Assembly (NCBI GenBank): GCA_054661495.1
Contig: BAAFSQ010000109.1
Location: 1-30,077, forward strand
DNA: 30,077 nt
Source: Zygophlyctis sp. KS116
Lineage: Eukaryota > Fungi > Chytridiomycota
Direction of reading: 5' to 3'
Position numbers and translations under genes: made by a program. This document shows positions 9,821-23,254 of the stretch, one piece after another. Position 1 is the first letter of the stretch. Each line of letters starts with the position of its first letter. Below the pieces are notes generated by a model. That model was not told where the DNA came from, did not search any database, and was given only the letters and a program-made list of their open reading frames with translations.

Positions 9821-12185
9821 CTAACACATTGAGTAAGGAATCCCACTGGTCTCTAGTGATTTCCAATTATTCAGATTATCATTGAGACTATCAATCCAAG
9901 GAGAAATAGGTTCGCCAAGAAAATCATAGAGTATGGCAAATGCAGGTAAAACAATCACCTTCAAGAAATCAACTTGCATTCGTGGAATTTCTCCCATTTT
10001 AGAACGATCCATGATTTCAGATGAATATCCAAGTCCCAATTTCTTTTCTTCGTCACCTTGAGCAAAAAACTCTTTATATACATTGTTAGCCACTATTCGG
10101 GTGTCATGGAAGGATTTTGTCATTGAAGAGAGATCACAGCAGGTCATAACTATAGATTTAAGCTAATATTAGTCTTGCGTAAAATTACTAGATGGCAGTG
10201 TTCTGGATTTTTAGGATCATATTTTTTAGATTTTGCGAGTTCAGACGCTCTTTCTCGTTGCTGAAAGTAAAGTGATAGATCAGTTGCCAGAATTGCCTTT
10301 TCCATATATTCAAGGCACTTTCTAAAGTTTGTACTGTCCATTCTATCTAGGATATTCAAGTTTTCATTACTAAGGATTGTAACTGCATGATTAAAGTGAT
10401 GGCGTTCCATTGTAGACGTTGAATAAAATGACTTTTAATTAAATAAAGAAAATTACAGACAGTGCAGTATGCGCAGATTTTTGGAATTGATTATTTGTAC
10501 CACGATGATCGATATCATGATTTAAGGCACCAATAAACATGGAAAATAACTCTAGATCACTAATCATTTTGGTAATATCGGTATGTAAAATAAGCAAAAA
10601 CATTGTATGGGCAACAGATACTGCGTGGCCAAAGTTATGGTATAGAACTGGCCGATAGTTTTTGCGAACGGTTAAAATATAAGGAATTAGCTTCTTTTCT
10701 TCTATCTGAAACTTTTTTGGGTAATCTAATGCTTTAAACATTTCAAAAATCGCTAGAGATAATGCATCCAATGAATAATCAAGAGAATGTGACGCAAAGT
10801 CAATCTTTTTTAGATCTTCAACTGGAAGCGATATCTTTGAAAGATTACTATTAAACGCTTGGATATCATCTTCTTTTGCGGTAGAATGATAGCTCATAAG
10901 CTCCATAGTAACTGAAAGCATTTTACGCTGGGCATTTGTTTCTTCTAATAGTATGGTTTTGTGAAGCGCAAGCCCACAAAATGCTGCAAAGGCTTGAAAA
11001 GTTTCAACATCAGAATCCGAGAAGCTTGTTGTCGAATTTTCTACAACTTTATTGATGAGATTAGCAACAGCCACGATTTCTTTTGATGGCCCAAAAATAG
11101 GAACACTTAACATGGACTTTGTCCGGTATCCAGTAGATATATCTACTTCATTATTAAATCTAGGATCATTATAAGCATCGTCTATTCTAACTATTTTTCC
11201 TGATGATGCTACATATCCTGCTATTCCTTTTGATAGTGGTATTCTGATTATATTTTTTGTGGGTAGATTTGCGTCAAAAATTGAAGAATATAGCTTATCT
11301 AATTAATAAATGGTGTGCTTACCTCATTTCTCTCTTTATCAACAACAAAGATGCTTGCCTTATCGGCGTTCAAGAGATCTCTAGCACGCAAAATAATTTG
11401 CTCTGTTAATCTTGAAAGATCTTCTTGCTGATATAAAGACACGGCAAATTCCAGTAATATTTTTGATTTTTTTAGCTCTATTAATGCCTTTTCTTTTTTT
11501 TCGTTTTCAACTTTGGTCAGCTGAATTGCCGATCTATACAATTCATTATTGGATATAATAATAGCGACAGATTTACAAGCTTGTACAAGACATTGCAGTT
11601 CGTAATCTTCATAAATTGGTCCTGTTCTATTCAGCAAACAAAAAACTCCAACTGGACTGCTGTCTGATGATTTGTCTGAAAATGGAATGGAAAGAATATT
11701 ATCCGGCACGCTCCCCAAATATGAGTCCGATTCCGGATGATACTGATTATCTATTCAATTATTGCTAAATAACTACCATGAGAAGGATTATTCACCAATA
11801 TCGTTTCATTGAGAGATGCCGATCTTCCTACTATTCCCTGTGATATTTTTACAGGAATTTGAGACTCCCATCGTAAATCACAAATAATTTCCAATTCGCT
11901 ATTGTCGCGATTTAGGACGAAAACAGCACACTTGTCAACGTTGAATAGTTGAGAGACTTGACTACAAAAAGAATCCAATTTTATTGGTAAGTCATGACCT
12001 TGGATGATGAATGACTGCAAAAGATAAGATAGCATAGATTCCATCTTTGTCGCATTTGAATGATCTACATCCGGACACGTCCTAAAGCCATGATTAGATA
12101 CTTCGATATCCCTTAATATCTTTACAGACTCCTCTGTATGATCTTTTAGCCACTTCCTGACCTCGGTTTCTGTTCTAGTACGCAT
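9821..12185 (-). CDS. Class I cyclic nucleotide phosphodiesterase with tandem GAF domains (PDE2/5/10/11-like architecture)
   Basis: Two GAF-like regions (GIVGRSA, GIAGYVASSGK, LINK...FSDSDVE). Catalytic motifs YHNFGHA, HDIDHRGTNNQF, MERHH, AILATDL, MTCCDLS, EFFAQGDEEK. Introns 11751-11776, 11294-11322, 10432-10456, 10163-10188. Confidence 0.92.
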
Positions 12186-12684
12186 CGGAATTTAAAGGGA
12201 GACCGTGGGTAATTATACAACTCCCCAGTAACCACGGCCCAGTCTCTCTTTCTCTATGAGACTCCCATACAAAGAATATTCAACTTTATGATTTTAATGG
12301 CGGCTATTATATTTTTACTATGAGATTAATACTTAATTTTAATTAAAGAAAAACTATTATTTATTGTATCACAACACACTATAACAGATAATTTTTGACT
12401 CCATAGTACAGATTGTACAAGTAAATGACATCCAATTCAGACTTTCTACCGGTAGTTGGCTTCAGGTGATATTGGCGAGGAACATTAAATTGATAATCAC
12501 AATTTTCAAACCAATAATCTGCGGTAGTTTTAGTAATGCAGTACAGTTGGTTTGAATAAGGATTGTTTGTTTTAATCATCACACGGGCCAAATGAAGCAA
12601 ATCACAATAAGAGTGCAGATGTGCCACATCACTGAACTTTCCAAAGGAGTCTTTTAAGAGCTTGTTTTTAAAAAACCTAACCCT

Positions 12685-13790
12685 TAAATTTGATACATTG
12701 AAAAGTGTGTGGAGTCATTGATTTTCTATAATCAGTCAAAATAAGTCTAAAGTTAGTATTAATCGAAACTTACATTGAGTACTAGCATCTTTTGCTAAGT
12801 GATGAGCCATTGAGGGATGAGCCTTGATTATCATCAAAAATTGATAATTCCGGGTCCTGCAATTTTAAAGTTATATCGTTAAATTCATTCATCATCATCC
12901 ATTTTTTAATATATTCTTCAAGTCTGAAGTACCGTTCCATCATCCTATATTTTGAAGTCCATGTTCTAAGTCAGTAAGTTGTCTTAGCCTTCCAGCCTTC
13001 TTAACAATTGACAAGAGTATCATTATTTGATTAACATTAACCATAATCTTTTGATTCGGTTCAAGATATTTCTGCACAGCAAGATTAAATCTGTGACTTG
13101 CACAGCCAATAAAAGGAACACCTAGCAAATCTGCAGTTGAAGGATTGGTGTTGATGTTATCGGCAACCGAGAAAAGAATATCTTCTTTCTTTCTGCAAAC
13201 ATTTTCCACTACATCTACAATAAAATCTGCTTGAGTTTGAGCAGTGAAACTGGTTTCATCATAAAGGAGGGGTTATAGAAATCTTTGATAGTTTTTACCA
13301 TCCTTTGCATAAACTGCATAGACGTTCTCCCTTCCGTCCAGCTATCTATAACTAAACGAAATTGATTTGGAAATTCTTCCTTTAACTGTTCATCAATACG
13401 AGCTTCGACCAATTTCAAATATTTGTTGAATGTATCTACTGAAATCGATTCAAGATTGGAATATTCTCTAAAAGTTTTCTTTTCTAAGGTAGAAATTGGA
13501 AGGTTATCATCAGTGACAATCCAATCCAACCATGAGTGCAACTGTAAGACCTTTGGATTTACAATAAAGAAATTAGATTTCCCTTTCAGCGTTTTTGGAT
13601 TATTTCTTTTAAAGTCATTGTAGAGCTGCTCCCAATCATCATGTTCTTCCCTTATATGAGACATTAGGTTTGTATATCCAGCATTTTTTTGTTTTTTTCG
13701 AGTTGTGCCACAGCAACACTGAAAAACTTCATCCGAACCAGACTCATTAATCTTTGTGAAAAATAGGTCACAAATCTCTTTAGTAGCGGA
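12685..13790 (-). mobile_element. Decayed hAT transposase (BED zinc finger, catalytic region, dimerisation tail)
   Basis: FQCCCG...GYTNLMSHIREEH, WLDWIV..NLP, LVIDSWT, VADN, GCASHRFNLAV, and terminal ILTDYRKSMTP. Multiple frameshifts and internal deletions. Confidence 0.8.
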
Positions 13791-13819
13791 CTAAAAAAAA
13801 TATTGAAAAAAATATTGTA

Positions 13820-16624
13820 AAATTATTGACCGTAATCCCAATACTTATTGCTGAAAATCAGTGTAAACATACAAACACCATAACTCCTTATGAATGTTTT
13901 ACAAAACACAACCCAGAATTGACTATTTCCGTAACTTTGGCTGTAAAGCGTTCTACCATATACATAAGGAACCGAGAAAAGACCAATATAATTTGAGGTC
14001 ACAAATAGGCAGAATGGTTGGCTATTCTGAAAATTCAAATACATATAAAATTTGGAATGGCAGGAAAATCATTGAAACTAAAGACGTTTTGTTTGATGAA
14101 GATAGTTATCAATTTAAATATTCAGATCATGTACCGAATGAAATCGAATCATCTCATAATGAAATTGAAGATACTGAACATGACAGCATTTACATAAACG
14201 TTCCAAATGAATCGGCTATTATTCCAACAACACCTGCAAGCTCTACACTTATGAATATATCAACTCCTGGTCAAACTGTTCCAGGAGAACAATCATCATA
14301 TTTTACGGGTGTTCCAGTGAACACAATCAATGACTCAAACATTGAAAACATTGATTTACATCAACTACCGTTCTATTTTTCAAGCATTCTTGATGAAGCA
14401 ATTAGAAACTCCACTAGTTCCTCTAATTTTTATACAAGCAGCGAACCCGCAGCAACAAATGAAAACGAGGATTTAATCAATTTACGATTGACTACACGTA
14501 GAGATACTGGCCTCAATGGACCTGCTTGGCAAAATATGCCCCCACTGAACACAAATGCAAGAATCACCCGCGCCCAAGCGAGATTTTTAGCTTCCCAACT
14601 ACTTCAACAAAGAGAAAACAATAATGAACAAACAAAATATACATTTGAGTCGTTAATTAATGATGCAGTACACTTTGTAGATACTATCCCCAGTAACTAT
14701 CAAGCAATGCTTCGATCTTCAGACGCATCACACTGGAGCGGAGCAATTGCAAGAGAATATGAAGCATTACCGCAGTCTTAATGCCTTACAATTGATAGAT
14801 AAATCAAAGCTACCAAAAGGGACAATCATCTATAAAACACGTTTCGTTTTCACAAGAAAGCCACCACCTGTTCTATATAAAGCAAGACTATGTTTGCGAG
14901 GCGATATAGAAAAGAAAAATATTTAACTACCACTAGAGGACACGTTCTCAACGGTGGTACGCTCTGAGAATTTAAAACTACTATTATCCCTATTCCTAAC
15001 TCTTAAATGGAAATTTGTTACAGTAGATATTTCAACTGCTTTCCTAAACGCCAAATAGAATAGATATTCCAGAAGAACATCCAGACCAAGACAAAAGTAA
15101 ACAATACTGTTTCAAGGTTACACGTGCATTATATGGCACAATCGATGCACCAAAGTTGTGGAATGATGAGTTGTCCAATACTCTCATTGAAATGGGTTAT
15201 TCACGTTTAAAATCTGATTGGAATATCTTTACAAAACAAAAGCAACAAAACCCATTATCTATAATTGCTTTTCACGTTGATGATGGCATTATTTCTGCTT
15301 CTGATAGCCACATACTAAATAAACTTGTTACACAATTAAAGGCAAAATACAAAGTAAAAGTTCATGATGGAAAATCAGATTATTTGAAGATACAATTTAA
15401 TCAAGTGGGTAACTATATCTATATGCATCAACATGACTATATAACTGAGGCTGCACAAAAATGTGGAGTTATTGATGCCAAACCAGTTTCAGTACCCATG
15501 GATCCTGGCTTTGTTCCAGACCTGAACCAAATGACACACCATTTGCAAACAACACTGTATATCGTTCCTTTAAAGGATGTTTGCTACACATATCCAGGCA
15601 AACACGTCCAGATATTCTACTAGCGGTAAATATACTATCAGCTTACCTATTACATCCTATGGAAAGACATTGGAAAGCTGCCAAACGAATCCTTATCTAT
15701 TTATATCATACGAGACATGAGTCTTTAAGACTTGGTCCATCAGACAATAAAAATTTAACCGCTTACTCGGATTCTACCTGGGCAGATGATCCAGAAACTC
15801 GCCTCTCCCGCACAGGGGGAGTACTTTTTTATAACGGCACATTCTTATCCGCTCATTCTCACCAACAGAGATCTATCTCACTGTCAGCAACTCAAGCTGA
15901 ATACCAAGCACTATCTAGTGCAGTCCAAGACATATTATATTTTAGGACCCTGCTTCAAGAGGTAGGTTATGGCGAGAAAATTCCTACACCTTTGATGTGT
16001 GACAATCAAGGTGCTTTATATTTAGCCGTATCTACTTAAAATCACCCTAAAACAAAACACATTGCAATCAGGTATCACTTTATAAGAGACAATATTCACA
16101 AAGATGAAGTCCAACTAAAATATGTTCCTACTTTAAATCAGATTTCAGATATATTTACTAAACCACTTCCTCCTCAGTTATTTCTCAAGTTCAAGGTATT
16201 CATAAATGGAGAAGTGAAATTAAAGACACTGAAGTAGTGTCGAATGCATCTAACAAACAAATAAGATTCAATATTCCGTTCGAACAAAGAGCTGTAAGGA
16301 AAGATTTCAATATATTACAAAATGTAATTGAACGAACAGGTTACAATCATATTACAAACAACGTTATAACACACTACTATATTCTATAATCTATACTATC
16401 GGAATATAGGAATTTAAACGCGTCGAATTTTCCGGACATACTCACGCATTATTTGTTGGATAGGGGGAGTGACAGAATCTGATCAATTCTTCTCATATTC
16501 TTATGTTATCCAACAAACCTCATACTAATTCTATTATTAGAATTCTATTATTAGCCATACTATTTTTAGACTGCTGTACAAAAGCTGTCATTCTATAAAT
16601 AGATTTATCTCATTTATTTTAACA
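13820..16624 (+). mobile_element. Ty1/Copia retrotransposon, 3' half (integrase tail, RT, RNase H, PPT, 3' LTR), decayed
   Basis: TPYE/FGCKAF/MVGYS, YKARL, VDISTAFLN, FHVDDG, TRPDI, YSDSTWA, QAEYQA, DNQGA, KHIAIRYHFIRD, SDIFTKPL; PPT AGGGGGAG at 16462-16469. Confidence 0.9.
16470..16624 (+). repeat. 3' LTR (TG...CA, ~155 bp)
   Basis: Begins TGACAGAATCTGATCAATTC directly after the PPT, contains CTATAAATAG, ends TTTAACA. Its first 20 nt match 26037-26056 on the minus strand. Confidence 0.7.
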
Positions 16625-16638
16625 TCTTTTTAATTCTA

Positions 16639-17620
16639 TTAATTGCCATCCTTTCTTTCTTTTCTTCTTCTATGGCTCGACGGAGTAAGATTAAGTCTTT
16701 TACATATTAATTCCCAATTAACGTTTGATGCAGCCATCCCAGTATAAGCACCAACTAATAAATTGCCTGTTTCATCTTTAGAATTAATTAATTCACGGCA
16801 AGAATTCAGCACTTTAGATTTTCCAGTCCCCGCTGGTTCAATTACTATTAAATTAATACTATTTCCGTTTTCTGTAGCATTTTTGAATATTTCATATGCA
16901 AATGTCTGTTCAGGATTATTAGACATTTCCAATTCATAATCTTGCACTATTTGTAATTGGTTAAGATTTTCAGAATATTCCCAAACTTCATATTTTTCTT
17001 ACATTTCGTCAGCAATTTGTACATCACCTAAGGGATCTATAAAATACGTAGGTAAATTATTGAAATGTTGACTGATCAAACATGTGTTTTGCTTAACAAG
17101 TACGACGTGTGTGACATATATTCGCGATGTTTTTCCATAAAATTATATCCCTGAAGTCCTTTGGATATGCCAGTATTTGGGCGACCTTTCCTAATTTTCC
17201 AAGTTTTCTGATCGATAAGGATTATCTTCCCACATTACAGATGCTGTAACTAAAGAGGTATTCCCATTTTTGTCCGAATTTCTTTTGAGTTCAACGGTCG
17301 GGTTTCTATAACTTCTTTATACTAGATCATAAGCTTTGAATTACCTTAATCGACATGGATCTTAAATCAATTCCATAATTATTACATATTGCATCTTGGA
17401 TTGATATTTTGCGTTCATTATTGATCGAATTTACCAAGCGCATCAACTTTAACACTATTTTTTGTAATGCATTAGCTACAATTAAATGTAGCTGTCAAAA
17501 TCTCCTTTATTTACATATTTAACTAAATATCTGATGACAGCATCATACGAATACACAGCTTGTGTATCATTATTTGCCTTCCAATTCCGAAGAATAAATT
17601 CTTTTAATAGTATTCAAATC
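16639..17620 (-). mobile_element. Helitron/Helentron-like Rep-PIF1 helicase remnant
   Basis: NWKANNDTQAVYSYDAVIRYLVKYVNKG and ERKISIQDA (Rep C-terminal motifs, ~17370-17590); PIF1 Walker A EPAGTGKS and motif Ia AYTGMAASNV (16720-16850). Heavily deleted. Confidence 0.7.
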
Positions 17621-18429
17621 ATATTTCATTTTTTAAAAACCATTCATGATCTACTATATCATTATTGATAGTCTCCCAGTGGGATTATTGACTAGAAAAC
17701 TACAATACTCTGTTATTAGATGTCAACTAGTATATTACAATAAATAGGTTTTTTGATAATTATGAATAAGTTGTACAGTTCAATAATTGACAATTAAGTG
17801 TTTACCTATTCAGTGATTTTTTAATTTCTATTTTTAGATTGAAACGCCATCCTTGGGTGTTCTATTTAAATATTTCGTCGTTGACTGATTTGAAACACCC
17901 CTATAAAAACATATGGTAAAACGAAACAGAAATTCCAAACAATTGTTGCCACTCAGACTTCAGCTGGATTTTCATGGTACAAACCCTTTGGACTATAGTT
18001 TAAATTTTGGCCATGACAAGGATCACAGCCTCTTTAACAGTTGTTGGAACTCTAGGTCTGGTGGAAGGTGACAAGTGGAATGGTTACCTTCATCTTACTG
18101 GGTGGGATCCCAATCTTGGGGAAAACACGTTTTGGGACTCTCAAATATCTGGAATTAAAGAATATGTTTCTGCCTTCCCAGCAGTAAACGCTTTGACTAA
18201 CCAAATCAGCCAATATTTTAATGATTATTACATCCTATTCAAAAGAAATTTGAAACCAACAAACATGAAAAATCTGTTCCTGTGGCGGTATTGGATAGCG
18301 AAAATACTTATCTTACAGGAGATTATTTGGAACTAATTTCTCCTGGTGACTTAGTTTTTGTTCAATTTTTTCCTTACGCCTATAGCCTCAAGGAATATAA
18401 TGGAAAGCTAATTGAAGCAGATATTACAG

Positions 18430-18830
18430 TGTTTCCTTTATTTTGATTTATCTCGATCAGTCCCACATTTGGATTATATGTTCCTTTTAATATAATCTTA
18501 TCATTTGATGTTACTGAAAGTTCTTTATCCTTGATGCGTTGAGTAAATCCAAGATTCATGAATTGAATCCCTGATAAAAGATTATGATGAAATTGAGGTA
18601 TCCATATTACATTCTTGAGTTTTAGTTGACCGATTGTAACTTCTCCACTTCCTTTTGCATTCACTACTTCATTAGAAGCTGTTTTGACCAGACCATTATA
18701 CGGCCTAAGTTTTTCAGGTTTATCTTTGAAATATGATGTAGGAGTGCATCCTGTATCAAAGTAAACAGGGGACCCGTGAGAACTATAAAAAGAATAAAAA
18801 GAAGCATGATCTTTATTAGAATCATGTGAG
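18430..18830 (-). mobile_element. Copia aspartic protease fragment
   Basis: PVYFDTGCT (~18755), VKTASNE..AKGSGEV, LKNVIWIP..HNLLS. Confidence 0.75.
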
Positions 18831-19492
18831 TCTTAGCTCATTAAGAATTTTATTAGATGAATAGCTTTCGAACTGCCACTCCAGTCAGACCAAAGTTTGC
18901 TTTCGCAGTAGAGGTCTGAAGAGGAGCCTCGACTTCAGTCTTTCCAGGGAAACAATTTTTATCTATCCACCTAATGGTTTCAAAGAGTCGAAACTCTTGA
19001 GAGCCGAAGCCCATATACATCTCTATATCTAACCATTAGCAATAGGATTCCAATTCCAGAACCCGGTTTTTTTTATTCCATGCCTCATCTCCCGAGGGTG
19101 CTTTACAAATTTATAAATCAGCCTTTAATTCATGTCCACCAGGAGCCTAAAAATTATACCATATCACCTGAACAATATGTTAAAACGATATGAGCGAAAA
19201 ATTATCAGCTCCATCACAGTAACCCTTAGTCAATCGTCCATCGACAAATCATTTTTGGTTTCCCATTTTTACGCGTTGTGCCTGATTACCCTGAGCATTT
19301 AATTAATTTAGTTAGTAAATTTATATATTTTAAGCTTTAAAAATCTATTCCTGGATTAAAATAATTTTTTTTCAGGAACGCGTTAGTCACCACAGTCTCA
19401 GTGAAGAAATAATTTTTTATTGCGGATAAATTTGAAATAATTTTTTTTAGTCACGGATAAATATTAGTTCAGTCTATCATATATCAGGTGAA

Positions 19493-19634
19493 TGTTGGAA
19501 TTCAAGCTCAGTAGGGTAGTAGTTTAGGGTCACTGTGCCATCTCTTGTAACCTTAGGGTCTTTTCTTCATCTATTTGACTAAGAATCTTTAGGTAAAGAA
19601 ATCTATTTGACTAAGACTCTTTAGTATTTTGACA
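19493..19634 (+). repeat. 5' LTR
   Basis: TGTTGG...GACA; 134/142 identical to the 3' LTR; internal 24 nt duplication (19569-19592 and 19601-19624). Confidence 0.95.
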
Positions 19635-22600
19635 CGTTATCAGCACCATGGTCGATACTTCAGATAATAGCTCCAGTGGTACCACAAACTCTAATGTGGT
19701 CTCATCCTTTAAAATTGATTCTAAGCTTTCTTTCAAATTAACTGGAAAGAATAATTACCACAAATGGAAAAGAGCCATGGAAATCCAAACTTGATGCCAT
19801 GGACTATTTGTCAAATGGGGCACCCATCAATAATGCTAAATGTCTATCCATAATCTGGGATAATACAGATGAGAAGCTGCTCTCTCTAGTTCAAGATTGT
19901 TTGACCGCCACTGAATGCTGGACGAAGTTTGAAAACAAATTTGCAGGAAAATCAACCACAGAACAGGTTCAGTGCATCAAGGAACTATCCGTCTTTACAA
20001 TAGACGAACAAGATGGCCAATCTTCCATCAATAAGCTTAAGGAGGTTGGCACCAGATTAAACTCTTCTTTAGGCGGAGAAGAAGAAATTTCAATCAATGA
20101 TCTTTTAACTATTTTTGCAATTAACGGGATTCCTGCAACTTTCCCAGGAGAAAAAGCTGTATTAGAATCTCTAACTGATCTAAGTATGGAAGTAATTGAA
20201 GAAAAGGTAGTGAAGATGACCGAACAATTCAGTCGTAAAGAAATCCTGGCAAATCAGGCCTCAACTTCCAAGAAATGTCAACACAATTGGAAAGCCGAAC
20301 AATGCTTCAAATGCAACCCCGAGCTGCAAGGACGCCAATTACAAGTTTTTCAGACACAAACCTGGTAGCATAGCCAATAAACAGCTTAAAGAATACTTAG
20401 TTCCAAAGTCTGAGTCTTCCACATGGTTTATGGACTCCGGGTGCAACAACTCTATGACCAAACAGGACATTCTATCAAATAAGACACCAAAACAAAATCT
20501 CATCAGGTCTATAACTGGGGAGCTGACGCACTCAAAAGTAGTCGGAAATTTAAACTGGGGCTTTGCAACTCTACCGGATGTCATCTTCTCAAAAGACTTA
20601 TCTAGTAATCTTCTTTCAGTCTCTGACATTGCCTCAAAAGGCTTCTCATCAATCTTCGACAATAGTGGGGTATTCATTGTAAAATCCTCTGAGATCAGTA
20701 ATCTTCTAAAGAAAAAGGCTGTGCACACTGGCACACTCAACAATGGAATGTACTCGATTGACTTACCTAAAGCATTTACGTCTGTTCAAGTTTGGCATAA
20801 TCGTCTTGGACACAAAAATTTGAATACGGTCAAAGAGGTAGCCAAGATTACAGAAGGAATACAGCTCACAAATCTAAATGAATTCGATTGTGATGCCTGT
20901 CTCCTATCCAAGTCGAAAAGAAAATCATATGAATCAACTAACCACAAATCAATTGAAGTTGGTGATCTCATTTACTGTGATGTTGGAGTAGTTAACCATC
21001 TGTCATTTGATGGATTTAAATACTTCTTAGTCTTTCTAGATGATTTTTCAAAATTCAGCCACATATACTTTCTAAAATCAAAAGCTGAATCACAAGGCTA
21101 CATCAAGAAATTCATGTCTCTTGTTAAAACTCAAACAAACAAATCAGTTAAAATTTTGAGATCTGACAATGCTAAAGAATTCTTTACAAGTAGCTTGGAA
21201 AGTCATCTTGAAGAACAGGGGATACTACATCAATCAAGATGCAGTCACGCACCGGAGCAAACTGGGGACATTGAACGACTCATCCAAACTTTAACTCAAT
21301 CAGCAACTTCCATGCTCACCTTTTGCGGAATGCCGAAGGATTTTTGGACACTGGCCTACTCCCACGCAGTATACCTTCAAAATCTCTCTCCTACAGCTCT
21401 AAAAAAGACTCCTTACGAAATTTTCTTTAATAAGGTTCCTTCACTATTAAGACTCAAAACGTTTGCAGAGCCCGGATATGTGCACATACCCAAACATCTC
21501 AGGCAAAAACTAGAGGTCAAATCTGAATTGCAGCTCTTTGTATGATTCTCACTTGTGCAGAAGGGGTATAAGATGCTTAACCTGACATCTCTAAAAACAC
21601 GCGTTTCAAAAGATGTCTCTTTTATGAAGAATCCACATTTCCCCACTTACCCCAGATTAATATCAAGCATACCCTCAGCAAGCACAATACTTGGAGTGCA
21701 GTAAAGTACGTGCCTGATTGTAAGAAACCAATCTCTAGTAAGTGGGTATTCCGGATAAAGAGAAACCCGTATGGATCAATCAATAAGTACAAGGCGAGAT
21801 TAGTTGTCAGAGGATTCTCTCAAGTTGAAGGCGTTGATTATACAGAAACATTTGCTCCAGTAGCAAGACATTCATCTATGAGGATTCTACTCTCTATTGC
21901 AGCATCTCATGATATGGAGATTCACCAAGGAGACGTTGAAACAGCCTTTCTTAATCCTGCAATTGACGACAAAATCTATATGAGACTCCCTGATGGCAGC
22001 GTGGTTCGACTTTTAAATTCACTGTACGGTTTGAAGCAGGCTACCAGACTTTGGAACACACAAATCCATTCAATCCTGATCAAGATGGGTCTCCAGCAAA
22101 GTGCCAGTGATTAGTGTATTTACTCTGGAATGATTGATGAAAACTTAGTACTTCTAGGTCTGTACGTAGATGATTTATTGTTAGCTTGCAAGGATATAAA
22201 AATTTTAGAACAGATAAAAGAGAATCTCGGCTCTAATTTCTCTTACTCTGATTTGGGGGAAGCAAAATATCTGCTGGGATTTGAAATTGTACGCAATCGA
22301 GAAAATAAAACCTTACTTCTACATCAAGCCTCATACATCAAGGAAATTTTGCATAAATCGAATATGACGGACTGTAAGCCTTCAAGTGTACCTGCCAATC
22401 CATCAGTTCGCCTATCAAAGGACATGTCGCCACGGTCAAATGAAGAACAAGCACACATGTCTCGTATTCCTTATCGCCAAATAGTGGGTTCACTGCTTTA
22501 TCTCGTTTCTGGAACTCGACCAGACATAGCATACAGTGTCAGTCAAGTTTGTCGATTCATGCACTGGTAAACAGCATTGGGAGGCAGTTAAACAGATACT

Positions 22601-22818
22601 AAGATATTTAAAAGGTATTCAAAAGTGTGGAATTATACAAGATCAGCTACTGGCTACGTATTTTACTTGAATGAAGGACCTGTAACATGGACATCCAAAA
22701 TGCAGAACACAGTTGCACTCTCTTCAACTGAAGCAGAATATACTAACCCTAAGTCTAGGATCGAATACTTTCAATTCACACTCTTCTCAGTTAATTAGCA
22801 CATTCGCTTGAGGGGGCG

Positions 22819-22960
22819 TGTTGGATATCAAGCTCAGTAGGGTAGTAGATTAGGGTCACTGTGCCATCTCTTGTAACCTAAGGGTCTTTTCTTCATCTAT
22901 TTTACTAAGACTCTTTAGGGAAATAAATCTATTTGACTAAGACTCTTTAGTATTTTGACA
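22819..22960 (+). repeat. 3' LTR
   Basis: TGTTGG...GACA after the PPT, followed by TSD GTGAA. Confidence 0.95.
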
Positions 22961-23254
22961 GTGAATAAATTTTCAAAAAAAAAATGTCAAGAGAAAAACT
23001 ATTGACGAATGCAGTGGCCCTTACAACTATGTAGACGTCTAAGACGGAGTCCAAAATAGCTCGAGCAAATTATGAACACTATCAAGCTCATTATAACGTT
23101 TACATAAAAGAATCTGATTACATATGATTGGTCACACTTCTTTTACAAGTCTCACATCAAAGACTTGTTGCATTCTTAATTCAAGAAATTCTATTTCAGC
23201 CTAAAAAGAAAAGAGGTAGAAAGACTTTGGAACAAAAGCAAATTGATAAACAAG

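Larger units (their letters stand above)
19493..22960 (+). mobile_element. Ty1/Copia element with both LTRs and TSD; internally deleted, non-autonomous (3468 bp)
   Basis: 142 bp LTRs, 5 bp TSD GTGAA (19488-19492 and 22961-22965), PBS candidate CGTTATCAGCACC, PPT GAGGGGG. Gag, PR (WFMDSG), HHCC (WHNRLGH...CDAC), integrase (RSDNAKEF), RT (YKARLV, LYVDD), partial RNase H. In-frame stops and frameshifts. Confidence 0.95.

Noticed and set aside
12379-12627. 82 aa ORF upstream of the PDE
   Set aside because: GTG start, no recognisable motif and no convincing exon structure; left uncalled.
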